Of a stretch of DNA of 64,000 nt, positions 11,733 through 25,800 are shown one piece after another. The notes beneath the pieces are model-generated. The model was not told the DNA's origin, did no database searches, and saw only the letters and a program-made list of their open reading frames with translations. The DNA is from Auanema rhodensis. Taxonomy: Eukaryota; Animalia; Nematoda. Both the position numbers and the translations under genes were made by a program. The stretch spans positions 20,026,001 through 20,090,000 of the forward strand of contig OZ059899.1 of NCBI GenBank assembly GCA_964057225.1, written 5' to 3'. Within the stretch, counting starts at the first letter, position 1, and every line of letters begins with the position of its first letter.

Positions 11733-13838
11733 TTGAAAAATGATGCATTAGTGTATGTTGAGTTTCCATGTACACTCAACATTGCTTCCAAAAACATTTT
11801 GACAAAAATTTTTCCAAAAAATTTCAAAATAATTTCGCAAAAAGTAAATGTTTTTAGATTCCTTTCTCCAAGGCAAAGACGATGGACAAAGTTATTCAAC
11901 GAAAAAATTAATTCTGCAGGGTGAAAATCGAGGATATAAGTGTGAACTTATATCAGTTGATATCTCGGTGCATTTTTAAGCTAGCGCAAATCTGATAACA
12001 CAGATCGACGCAGCTTAAAAATCCGCATCGAATGCACTATACAACATTGAGAAACGCTTAACACAAAAATTAGTTATGATCGTTTGAAAAATGATGCATT
12101 AGTGTATGTTGAGTTTCCATGTACACTCAACATTGCTTCCAAAAACATTTTGACAAAAATTTTTCCGAAAAATTTCGAAATAATTTCGCAAAAAGTAGAT
12201 GTTTTCAGATTCCTTTTTTCAAGGCAAAGACGATGGACATTGTTATTCAACGAAAAAATTGATTCTGCAGGGTGAAAATCGAGGATATAAGTGTGAACTT
12301 ATATCAGTTGATATCTCGGTGCATTTTTAAGCTAACGCAAATCTAATAACACAGATCGACGCAGCTTAAAAATCCGCATCGAATGCACTATACAACATTG
12401 AGAAACGCTTAATACAAAAATTAGTTATAATCGTTTGAAAAATGATGCATTAGTGTATGTTGAGTTTCCATGTACACTCAACATTGCTTCCAAAAACATT
12501 TTGACAAAAATTTTTCCGAAAAATTTCGAAATAATTTCGCAAAAAGTAGATGTTTTCAGATTCCTTTTTTCAAGGCAAAGACGATGGACATTGTTATTCA
12601 ACGAAAAAATTGATTCTGCAGGGTGAAAATCGAGGATATAAGTGTGAACTTATATCAGTTGATATCTCGGTGCATTTTTAAGCTAACGCAAATCTAATAA
12701 CACAGATCGACGCAGCTTAAAAATCCGCATCGAATGCACTATACAACATTGAGAAACGCTTAATACAAAAATTAGTTATAATCGTTTGAAAAATGATGCA
12801 TTAGTGTATGTTGAGTTTCCATGTACACTCAACATTGCTTCCAAAAACATTTTGACAAAAATTTTTCCGAAAAATTTCGAAATAATTTCGCAAAAAGTAG
12901 ATGTTTTCAGATTCCTTTTTTCAAGGCAAAGACGATGGACATTGTTATTCAACGAAAAAATTGATTCTGCAGGGTGGAAATCGAGGATATAAGTGTGAAC
13001 TTATATCAGTTGATATCTCGGTGCATTTTTAAGCTAGCGCAAATCTGATAACACAGATCGACGCAGCTTAAAAATCCGCATCGAATGCACTATACTACAT
13101 TGAGAAACGCTTGATACAAAAATTAGTTATGATCGTTTGAAAAAAGATGCATTAGTGTATGTTGAGTTTCCATGTACACTCAACATTGCTTCCAAAAACA
13201 TTTTGACAAAAATTTTTCCAAAAAATTTCAAAATAATTTCGCAAAAAGTAAATGTTTTTAGATTCCTTTCTCCAAGGCAAAGACGATGGACAAAGTTATT
13301 CAACGAAAAAATTGATTCTGCAGGGTGAAAATCGAGGATATAAGTGTGAACTTATATCAGTTGATATCTCGGTGCATTTTTAAGCTAGCGCAAATCTGAT
13401 AACACAGATCGACGCAGCTTAAAAATCCGCATCGAATGCACTATACAACATTGAGAAACGCTTAACACAAAAATTAGTTATGATCGTTTGAAAAATGATG
13501 CATTAGTGTATGTTGAGTTTCCATGTACACTCAACATTGCTTCCAAAAACATTTTTACAAAAATTTTTCCGAAAAATTTCGAAATAATTTCGCAAAAAGT
13601 AGATGTTTTTAGATTCCTTTTTTCAAGGCAAAGACGATGGACATTGTTATTCAACGAAAAAATTGATTCTGCAGGGTGAAAATCGAGGATATAAGTGTGA
13701 ACTTATATCAGTTGATATCTCGGTGCATTTTTAAGCTAGCGCAAATCTGATAACACAGATCGACGCAGCTTAAAAATCCGCATCGAATGCACTATACAAC
13801 ATTGAAAAACGCTTAACACAAAAATTAGTTATGATTGT

Positions 13839-16800
13839 TTGAAAAATGATGCATTAGTGTATGTTGAGTTTCCATGTACACTCAACATTGCTTCCAAAAA
13901 CATTTTTACAAAAATTTTTCCGGAAAATTTCGAAATAATTTCGCAAAAAGTAGATGTTTTCAGATTCCTTTTTTCAAGGCAAAGACGATGGACATTGTTA
14001 TTCAACAAAAAAATTGATTCTGCAGGGTGAAAATCGAGGATATAAGTGTGAACTTATATCAGTTGATATCTCGGTGCATTTTTAAGCTAGCGCAAATCTG
14101 ATAACACAGATCGACGCAGCTTAAAAATCCGCATCGAATGCACTATACTACATTGAGAAACGCTTGATACAAAAATTAGTTATGATCGTTTGAAAAAAGA
14201 TGCATTAGTGTATGTTGAGTTTCCATGTACACTCAACATTGCTTCCAAAAACATTTTGACAAAAATTTTTCCAAAAAATTTCAAAATAATTTCGCAAAAA
14301 GTAAATGTTTTTAGATTCCTTTCTCCAAGGCAAAGACGATGGACAAAGTTATTCAACGAAAAAATTAATTCTGCAGGGTGAAAATCGAGGATATAAGTGT
14401 GAACTTATATCAGTTGATATCTCGGTGCATTTTTAAGCTAGCGCAAATCTGATAACACAGATCGACGCAGCTTAAAAATCCGCATCGAATGCACTATACA
14501 ACATTGAGAAACGCTTAACACAAAAATTAGTTATGATCGTTTGAAAAATGATGCATTAGTGTATGTTGAGTTTCCATGTACACTCAACATTGCTTCCAAA
14601 AACATTTTTACAAAAATTTTTCCGAAAAATTTCGAAATAATTTCGCAAAAAGTAGATGTTTTTAGATTCCTTTTTTCAAGGCAAAGACGATGGACATTGT
14701 TATTCAACGAAAAAATTGATTCTGCAGGGTGAAAATCGAGGATATAAGTGTGAACTTATATCAGTTGATATCTCGGTGCATTTTTAAGCTAGCGCAAATC
14801 TGATAACACAGATCGACGCAGCTTAAAAATCCGCATCGAATGCACTATACTACATTGAGAAACGCTTAATACAAAAATTAGTTATAATCGTTTGAAAAAT
14901 GATGCATTAGTGTATGTTGAGTTTCCATGTACACTCAACATTGCTTCCAAAAACATTTTGACAAAAATTTTTCCAAAAAATTTCAAAATAATTTCGCAAA
15001 AAGTAAATGTTTTTAGATTCCTTTCTCCAAGGCAAAGACGATGGACAAAGTTATTCAACGAAAAAATTAATTCTGCAGGGTGAAAATCGAGGATATAAGT
15101 GTGAACTTATATCAGTTGATATCTCGGTGCATTTTTAAGCTAGCGCAAATCTGATAACACAGATCGACGCAGCTTAAAAATCCGCATCGAATGCACTATA
15201 CTACATTGAGAAACGCTTGATACAAAAATTAGTTATGATCGTTTGAAAAAAGATGCATTAGTGTATGTTGAGTTTCCATGTACACTCAACATTGCTTCCA
15301 AAAACATTTTGACAAAAATTTTTCCAAAAAATTTCAAAATAATTTCGCAAAAAGTAAATGTTTTTAGATTCCTTTCTCCAAGGCAAAGACGATGGACAAA
15401 GTTATTCAACGAAAAAATTAATTCTGCAGGGTGAAAATCGAGGATATAAGTGTGAACTTATATCAGTTGATATCTCGGTGCATTTTTAAGCTAGCGCAAA
15501 TCTGATAACACAGATCGACGCAGCTTAAAAATCCGCATCGAATGCACTATACTACATTGAGAAACGCTTGCTACAAAAATTAGTTATGATCGTTTGAAAA
15601 AAGATGCATTAGTGTATGTTGAGTTTCCATGTACACTCAACATTGCTTCCAAAAACATTTTGACAAAAATTTTTCCAAAAAATTTCAAAATAATTTCGCA
15701 AAAAGTAGATGTTTTTAGATTCCTTTTTTCAAGGCAAAGACGATGGACATTGTTATTCAACGAAAAAATTGATTCTGCAGGGTGAAAATCGAGGATATAA
15801 GTGTGAACTTATATCAGTTGATATCTCGGTGCATTTTTAAGCTAGCGCAAATCTGATAACACAGATCGACGCAGCTTAAAAATCCGCATCGAATGCACTA
15901 TACAACATTGAGAAACGCTTAACACAAAAATTAGTTATGATTGTTTGAAAAATGATGCATTAGTGTATGTTGAGTTTCCATGTACACTCAACATTGCTTC
16001 CAAAAACATTTTTACAAAAATTTTTCCGGAAAATTTCGAAATAATTTCGCAAAAAGTAGATGTTTTCAGATTCCTTTTTTCAAGGCAAAGACGATGGACA
16101 TTGTTATTCAACGAAAAAATTGATTCTGCAGGGTGAAAATCGAGGATATAAGTGTGAACTTATATCAGTTGATATCTCGGTGCATTTTTAAGCTAGCGCA
16201 AATCTGATAACACAGCTCGACGCAGCTTAAAAATCCGCATCGAATGCACTATACTACATTGAAAAACGCTTAATACAAAAATTAGTTATGATCGTTTGAA
16301 AAATGATGCATTAGTGTATGTTGAGTTTCCATGTACACTCAACATTGCTTCCAAAAACATTTTTACAAAAATTTTTCCGAAAAATTTCAAAATAATTTCG
16401 CAAAAAGTAGATGTTTTTAGATTCCTTTTTTTAAGGCAAAAACGATGGACAATGTTATTCAACGAAAAAATTAATTCTGCAGGGTGAAAATCGAGGATAT
16501 AAGTGTGAATTTATATCAGTTGATATCTCGGTGCATTTTTAAGCTAGCGCAAATCTGATAACACAGCTCGACGCAGCTTAAAAATCCGCATCGAATGCAC
16601 TATACTACATTGAAAAACGCTTAATACAAAAATTAGTTATGATCGTTTGAAAAATGATGCATTAGTGTATGTTGAGTTTCCATGTACACTCAACATTGCT
16701 TCCAAAAACATTTTTACAAAAATTTTTCCGAAAAATTTCAAAATAATTTCGCAAAAAGTAGATGTTTTTAGATTCCTTTTTTTAAGGCAAAAACGATGGA

Positions 16801-19800
16801 CAATGTTATTCAACGAAAAAATTAATTCTGCAGGGTGAAAATCGAGGATATAAGTGTGAATTTATATCAGTTGATATCTCGGTGCATTTTTAAGCTAGCG
16901 CAAATCTGATAACACAGATCGACGCAGCTTAAAACTCCGCATCGAATGCACTATACTACATTGAGAAACGCTTGATACAAAAATTAGTTATGATCGTTTG
17001 AAAAAAGATGCATTAGTGTATGTTGAGTTTCCATGTACACTCAACATTGCTTCCAAAAACATTTTGACAAAAATTTTTCCAAAAAATTTCAAAATAATTT
17101 CGCAAAAAGTAGATGTTTTTAGATTCCTTTTTTCAAGGCAAAGACGATGGACATTGTTATTCAACGAAAAAATTGATTCTGCAGGGTGAAAATCGAGGAT
17201 ATAAGTGTGAACTTATATCAGTTGATATCTCGGTGCATTTTTAAGCTAGCGCAAATCTGATAACACAGATCGACGCAGCTTAAAAATCCGCATCGAATGC
17301 ACTATACAACATTGAGAAACGCTTAACACAAAAATTAGTTATGATTGTTTGAAAAATGATGCATTAGTGTATGTTGAGTTTCCATGTACACTCAACATTG
17401 CTTCCAAAAACATTTTTACAAAAATTTTTCCGGAAAATTTCGAAATAATTTCGCAAAAAGTAGATGTTTTCAGATTCCTTTTTTCAAGGCAAAGACGATG
17501 GACATTGTTATTCAACGAAAAAATTGATTCTGCAGGGTGAAAATCGAGGATATAAGTGTGAACTTATATCAGTTGATATCTCGGTGCATTTTTAAGCTAG
17601 CGCAAATCTGATAACACAGATCGACGCAGCTTAAAAATCCGCATCGAATGCACTATACTTCATTGAGAAACGCTTGATACAAAAATTAGTTATGATCGTT
17701 TGAAAAAAGATGCATTAGTGTATGTTGAGTTTCCATGTACACTCAACATTGCTTCCAAAAACATTTTGACAAAAATTTTTCCAAAAAATTTCAAAATAAT
17801 TTCGCAAAAAGTAAATGTTTTAAGATTCCTTTCTCCAAGGCAAAGACGATGGACAAAGTTATTCAACGAAAAAATTAATTCTGCAGGGTGAAAATCGAGG
17901 ATATAAGTGTGAACTTATATCAGTTGATATCTCGGTGCATTTTTAAGCTAGCGCAAATCTGATAACACAGATCGACGCAGCTTAAAAATCCGCATCGAAT
18001 GCACTATACAACATTGAGAAACGCTTAACACAAAAATTAGTTATGATCGTTTGAAAAATGATGCATTAGTGTATGTTGAGTTTCCATGTACACTCAACAT
18101 TGCTTCCAAAAACATTTTTACAAAAATTTTTCCGAAAAATTTCGAAATAATTTCGCAAAAAGTAGATGTTTTTAGATTCCTTTTTTCAAGGCAAAGACGA
18201 TGGACATTGTTATTCAACGAAAAAATTGATTCTGCAGGGTGAAAATCGAGGATATAAGTGTGAACTTATATCAGTTGATATCTCGGTGCATTTTTAAGCT
18301 AGCGCAAATCTGATAACACAGATCGACGCAGCTTAAAAATCCGCATCGAATGCACTATACAACATTGAGAAACGCTTAACACAAAAATTAGTTATGATTG
18401 TTTGAAAAATGATGCATTAGTGTATGTTGAGTTTCCATGTACACTCAACATTGCTTCCAAAAACATTTTTACAAAAATTTTTCCGAAAAATTTCAAAATA
18501 ATTTCGCAAAAAGTAGATGTTTTTAGATTCCTTTTTTTAAGGCAAAGACGATGGACAATGTTATTCAACGAAAAAATTAATTCTGCAGGGTGAAAATCGA
18601 GGATATAAGTGTGAATTTATATCAGTTGATATCTCGGTGCATTTTTAAGCTAGCGCAAATCTGATAACACAGATCGACGCAGCTTAAAAATCCGCATCGA
18701 ATGCACTATACTACATTGAGAAACGCTTGATAAAAAAATTAGTTATGATCGTTTGAAAAAAGATGCATTAGTGTATGTTGAGTTTCCATGTACACTCAAC
18801 ATTGCTTCCAAAAACATTTTGACAAAAATTTTTCCAAAAAATTTCAAAATAATTTCGCAAAAAGTAAATGTTTTTAGATTCCTTTCTCCAAGGCAAAGAC
18901 GATGGACAAAGTTATTCAACGAAAAAATTAATTCTGCAGGGTGAAAATCGAGGATATAAGTGTGAACTTATATCAGTTGATATCTCGGTGCATTTTTAAG
19001 CTAGCGCAAATCTGATAACACAGATCGACGCAGCTTAAAAATCCGCATCGAATGCACTATACAACATTGAGAAACGCTTAACACAAAAATTAGTTATGAT
19101 CGTTTGAAAAATGATGCATTAGTGTATGTTGAGTTTCCATGTACACTCAACATTGCTTCCAAAAACATTTTTACAAAAATTTTTCCGAAAAATTTCGAAA
19201 TAATTTCGCAAAAAGTAGATGTTTTTAGATTCCTTTTTTCAAGGCAAAGACGATGGACATTGTTATTCAACGAAAAAATTGATTCTGCAGGGTGAAAATC
19301 GAGGATATAAGTGTGAACTTATATCAGTTGATATCTCGGTGCATTTTTAAGCTAGCGCAAATCTGATAACACAGATCGACGCAGCTTAAAAATCCGCATC
19401 GAATGCACTATACTACATTGAGAAACGCTTGATACAAAAATTAGTTATGATCGTTTGAAAAAAGATGCATTAGTGTATGTTGAGTTTCCATGTACACTCA
19501 ACATTGCTTCCAAAAACATTTTGACAAAAATTTTTCCAAAAAATTTCAAAATAATTTCGCAAAAAGTAAATGTTTTTAGATTCCTTACTCCAAGGCAAAG
19601 ACGATGGACAAAGTTATTCAACGAAAAAATTAATTCTGCAGGGTGAAAATCGAGGATATAAGTGTGAACTTATATCAGTTGATATCTCGGTGCATTTTTA
19701 AGCTAGCGCAAATCTGATAACACAGATCGACGCAGCTTAAAAATCCGCATCGAATGCACTATACTACATTGAGAAACGCTTGATACAAAAATTAGTTATG

Positions 19801-22800
19801 ATCGTTTGAAAAAAGATGCATTAGTGTATGTTGAGTTTCCATGTACACTCAACATTGCTTCCAAAAACATTTTGACAAAAATTTTTCCAAAAAATTTCAA
19901 AATAATTTCGCAAAAAGTAAATGTTTTTAGATTCCTTTCTCCAAGGCAAAGACGATGGACAAAGTTATTCAACGAAAAAATTAATTCTGCAGGGTGAAAA
20001 TCGAGGATATAAGTGTGAACTTATATCAGTTGATATCTCGGTGCATTTTTAAGCTAGCGCAAATCTGATAACACAGATCGACGCAGCTTAAAAATCCGCA
20101 TCGAATGCACTATACTACATTGAGAAACGCTTGATACAAAAATTAGTTATGATCGTTTGAAAAAAGATGCATTAGTGTATGTTGAGTTTCCATGTACACT
20201 CAACATTGCTTCCAAAAACATTTTGACAAAAATTTTTCCAAAAAATTTCAAAATAATTTCGCAAAAAGTAGATGTTTTTAGATTCCTTTTTTCAAGGCAA
20301 AGACGATGGACATTGTTATTCAACGAAAAAATTGATTCTGCAGGGTGAAAATCGAGGATATAAGTGTGAACTTATATCAGTTGATATCTCGGTGCATTTT
20401 TAAGCTAGCGCAAATCTGATAACACAGATCGACGCAGCTTAAAAATCCGCATCGAATGCACTATACAACATTGAGAAACGCTTAACACAAAAATTAGTTA
20501 TGATTGTTTGAAAAATGATGCATTAGTGTATGTTGAGTTTCCATGTACACTCAACATTGCTTCCAAAAACATTTTTACAAAAATTTTTCCGGAAAATTTC
20601 GAAATAATTTCGCAAAAAGTAGATGTTTTCAGATTCCTTTTTTCAAGGCAAAGACGATGGACATTGTTATTCAACGAAAAAATTGATTCTGCAGGGTGAA
20701 AATCGAGGATATAAGTGTGAACTTATATCAGTTGATATCTCGGTGCATTTTTAAGCTAGCGCAAATCTGATAACACAGCTCGACGCAGCTTAAAAATCCG
20801 CATCGAATGCACTATACTACATTGAAAAACGCTTAATACAAAAATTAGTTATGATCGTTTGAAAAATGATGCATTAGTGTATGTTGAGTTTCCATGTACA
20901 CTCAACATTGCTTCCAAAAACATTTTTACAAAAATTTTTCCGAAAAATTTCAAAATAATTTCGCAAAAAGTAGATGTTTTTAGATTCCTTTTTTTAAGGC
21001 AAAAACGATGGACAATGTTATTCAACGAAAAAATTAATTCTGCAGGGTGAAAATCGAGGATATAAGTGTGAATTTATATCAGTTGATATCTCGGTGCATT
21101 TTTAAGCTAGCGCAAATCTGATAACACAGCTCGACGCAGCTTAAAAATCCGCATCGAATGCACTATACTACATTGAGAAACGCTTAACACAAAAATTAGT
21201 TATGATTGTTTGAAAAATGATGCATTAGTGTATGTTGAGTTTCCATGTACACTCAACATTGCTTCCAAAAACATTTTTACAAAAATTTTTCCGGAAAATT
21301 TCGAAATAATTTCGCAAAAAGTAGATGTTTTCAGATTCTTTTTTTCAAGGCAAAGACGATGGACATTGTTATTCAACGAAAAAATTGATTCTGCAGGGTG
21401 AAAATCGAGGATATAAGTGTGAACTTATATCAGTTGATATCTCGGTGCATTTTTAAGCTAGCGCAAATCTGATAACACAGATCGACGCAGCTTAAAAATC
21501 CGCATCGAATGCACTATACTACATTGAGAAACGCTTGATAAAAAAATTAGTTATGATCGTTTGAAAAAAGATGCATTAGTGTATGTTGAGTTTCCATGTA
21601 CACTCAACATTGCTTCCAAAAACATTTTGACAAAAATTTTTCCAAAAAATTTCAAAATAATTTCGCAAAAAGTAAATGTTTTTAGATTCCTTTCTCCAAG
21701 GCAAAGACGATGGACAAAGTTATTCAACGAAAAAATTAATTCTGCAGGGTGAAAATCGAGGATATAAGTGTGAACTTATATCAGTTGATATCTCGGTGCA
21801 TTTTTAAGCTAGCGCAAATCTGATAACACAGATCGACGCAGCTTAAAAATCCGCATCGAATGCACTATACAACATTGAGAAACGCTTAACACAAAAATTA
21901 GTTATGATCGTTTGAAAAATGATGCATTAGTGTATGTTGAGTTTCCATGTACACTCAACATTGCTTCCAAAAACATTTTTACAAAAATTTTTCCGAAAAA
22001 TTTCGAAATAATTTCGCAAAAAGTAGATGTTTTTAGATTCCTTTTTTCAAGGCAAAGACGATGGACATTGTTATTCAACGAAAAAATTGATTCTGCAGGG
22101 TGAAAATCGAGGATATAAGTGTGAACTTATATCAGTTGATATCTCGGTGCATTTTTAAGCTAGCGCAAATCTGATAACACAGATCGACGCAGCTTAAAAA
22201 TCCGCATCGAATGCACTATACTACATTGAGAAACGCTTGATACAAAAATTAGTTATGATCGTTTGAAAAAAGATGCATTAGTGTATGTTGAGTTTCCATG
22301 TACACTCAACATTGCTTCCAAAAACATTTTGACAAAAATTTTTCCAAAAAATTTCAAAATAATTTCGCAAAAAGTAAATGTTTTTAGATTCCTTTCTCCA
22401 AGGCAAAGACGATGGACAAAGTTATTCAACGAAAAAATTAATTCTGCAGGGTGAAAATCGAGGATATAAGTGTGAACTTATATCAGTTGATATCTCGGTG
22501 CATTTTTAAGCTAGCGCAAATCTGATAACACAGATCGACGCAGCTTAAAAATCCGCATCGAATGCACTATACTACATTGAGAAACGCTTGATACAAAAAT
22601 TAGTTATGATCGTTTGAAAAAAGATGCATTAGTGTATGTTGAGTTTCCATGTACACTCAACATTGCTTCCAAAAACATTTTGACAAAAATTTTTCCAAAA
22701 AATTTCAAAATAATTTCGCAAAAAGTAAATGTTTTTAGATTCCTTTCTCCAAGGCAAAGACGATGGACAAAGTTATTCAACGAAAAAATTAATTCTGCAG

Positions 22801-25800
22801 GGTGAAAATCGAGGATATAAGTGTGAACTTATATCAGTTGATATCTCGGTGCATTTTTAAGCTAGCGCAAATCTGATAACACAGATCGACGCAGCTTAAA
22901 AATCCGCATCGAATGCACTATACTACATTGAGAAACGCTTGATACAAAAATTAGTTATAATCGTTTGAAAAATGATGCATTAGTGTATGTTGAGTTTCCA
23001 TGTACACTCAACATTGCTTCCAAAAACATTTTTACAAAAATTTTTCCGAAAAATTTCAAAATAATTTCGCAAAAAGTAGATGTTTTTAGATTCCTTTTTT
23101 TAAGGCAAAAACGATGGACAATGTTATTCAACGAAAAAATTAATTCTGCAGGGTGAAAATCGAGGATATAAGTGTGAATTTATATCAGTTGATATCTCGG
23201 TGCATTTTTAAGCTAGCGCAAATCTGATAACACAGCTCGACGCAGCTTAAAAATCCGCATCGAATGCACTATACTACATTGAGAAACGCTTAACACAAAA
23301 ATTAGTTATGATTGTTTGAAAAATGATGCATTAGTGTATGTTGAGTTCCCATGTACACTCAACATTGCTTCCAAAAACATTTTTACAAAAATTTTTCCGG
23401 AAAATTTCGAAATAATTTCGCAAAAAGTAGATGTTTTCAGATTCTTTTTTTCAAGGCAAAGACGATGGACATTGTTATTCAACGAAAAAATTGATTCTGC
23501 AGGGTGAAAATCGAGGATATAAGTGTGAACTTATATCAGTTGATATCTCGGTGCATTTTTAAGCTAGCGCAAATCTGATAACACAGCTCGACGCAGCTTA
23601 AAAATCCGCATCGAATGCACTATACTACATTGAAAAACGCTTAATACAAAAATTAGTTATGATCGTTTGAAAAATGATGCATTAGTGTATGTTGAGTTTC
23701 CATGTACACTCAACATTGCTTCCAAAAACATTTTTACAAAAATTTTTCCGAAAAATTTCAAAATAATTTCGCAAAAAGTAGATGTTTTTAGATTCCTTTT
23801 TTTAAGGCAAAAACGATGGACAATGTTATTCAACGAAAAAATTAATTCTGCAGGGTGAAAATCGAGGATATAAGTGTGAATTTATATCAGTTGATATCTC
23901 GGTGCATTTTTAAGCTAGCGCAAATCTGATAACACAGATCGACGCAGCTTAAAACTCCGCATCGAATGCACTATACTACATTGAGAAACGCTTGATACAA
24001 AAATTAGTTATGATCGTTTGAAAAAAGATGCATTAGTGTATGTTGAGTTTCCATGTACACTCAACATTGCTTCCAAAAACATTTTTACAAAAATTTTTCC
24101 GGAAAATTTCAAAATAATTTCGCAAAAAGTAAATGTTTTTAGATTCCTTTCTCCAAGGCAAAGACGATGGACAAAGTTATTCAACGAAAAAATTAATTCT
24201 GCAGGGTGAAAATCGAGGATATAAGTGTGAACTTATATCAGTTGATATCTCGGTGCATTTTTAAGCTAGCGCAAATCTGATAACACAGATCGACGCAGCT
24301 TAAAAATCCGCATCGAATGCACTATACAACATTGAGAAACGCTTAACACAAAAATTAGTTATGATCGTTTGAAAAATGATGCATTAGTGTATGTTGAGTT
24401 TCCATGTACACTCAACATTGCTTCCAAAAACATTTTTACAAAAATTTTTCCGAAAAATTTCGAAATAATTTCGCAAAAAGTAGATGTTTTTAGATTCCTT
24501 TTTTCAAGGCAAAGACGATGGACATTGTTATTCAACGAAAAAATTGATTCTGCAGGGTGAAAATCGAGGATATAAGTGTGAACTTATATCAGTTGATATC
24601 TCGGTGCATTTTTAAGCTAGCGCAAATCTGATAACACAGATCGACGCAGCTTAAAAATCCGCATCGAATGCACTATACTACATTGAGAAACGCTTGATAC
24701 AAAAATTAGTTATGATCGTTTGAAAAAAGATGCATTAGTGTATGTTGAGTTTCCATGTACACTCAACATTGCTTCCAAAAACATTTTGACAAAAATTTTT
24801 CCAAAAAATTTCAAAATAATTTCGCAAAAAGTAAATGTTTTTAGATTCCTTTCTCCAAGGCAAAGACGATGGACAAAGTTATTCAACGAAAAAATTAATT
24901 CTGCAGGGTGAAAATCGAGGATATAAGTGTGAACTTATATCAGTTGATATCTCGGTGCATTTTTAAGCTAGCGCAAATCTGATAACACAGATCGACGCAG
25001 CTTAAAAATCCGCATCGAATGCACTATACTACATTGAGAAACGCTTGATACAAAAATTAGTTATGATCGTTTGAAAAAAGATGCATTAGTGTATGTTGAG
25101 TTTCCATGTACACTCAACATTGCTTCCAAAAACATTTTGACAAAAATTTTTCCAAAAAATTTCAAAATAATTTCGCAAAAAGTAAATGTTTTTAGATTCC
25201 TTTCTCCAAGGCAAAGACGATGGACAAAGTTATTCAACGAAAAAATTAATTCTGCAGGGTGAAAATCGAGGATATAAGTGTGAACTTATATCAGTTGATA
25301 TCTCGGTGCATTTTTAAGCTAGCGCAAATCTGATAACACAGATCGACGCAGCTTAAAAATCCGCATCGAATGCACTATACTACATTGAGAAACGCTTGAT
25401 ACAAAAATTAGTTATGATCGTTTGAAAAAAGATGCATTAGTGTATGTTGAGTTTCCATGTACACTCAACATTGCTTCCAAAAACATTTTGACAAAAATTT
25501 TTCCAAAAAATTTCAAAATAATTTCGCAAAAAGTAGATGTTTTTAGATTCCTTTTTTCAAGGCAAAGACGATGGACATTGTTATTCAACGAAAAAATTGA
25601 TTCTGCAGGGTGAAAATCGAGGATATAAGTGTGAACTTATATCAGTTGATATCTCGGTGCATTTTTAAGCTAGCGCAAATCTGATAACACAGATCGACGC
25701 AGCTTAAAAATCCGCATCGAATGCACTATACAACATTGAGAAACGCTTAACACAAAAATTAGTTATGATTGTTTGAAAAATGATGCATTAGTGTATGTTG

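Noticed and set aside
12786-12992. Extended 68-aa ORF
   Set aside because: A singleton tga>tgg substitution at 12977 in a non-supported ORF.
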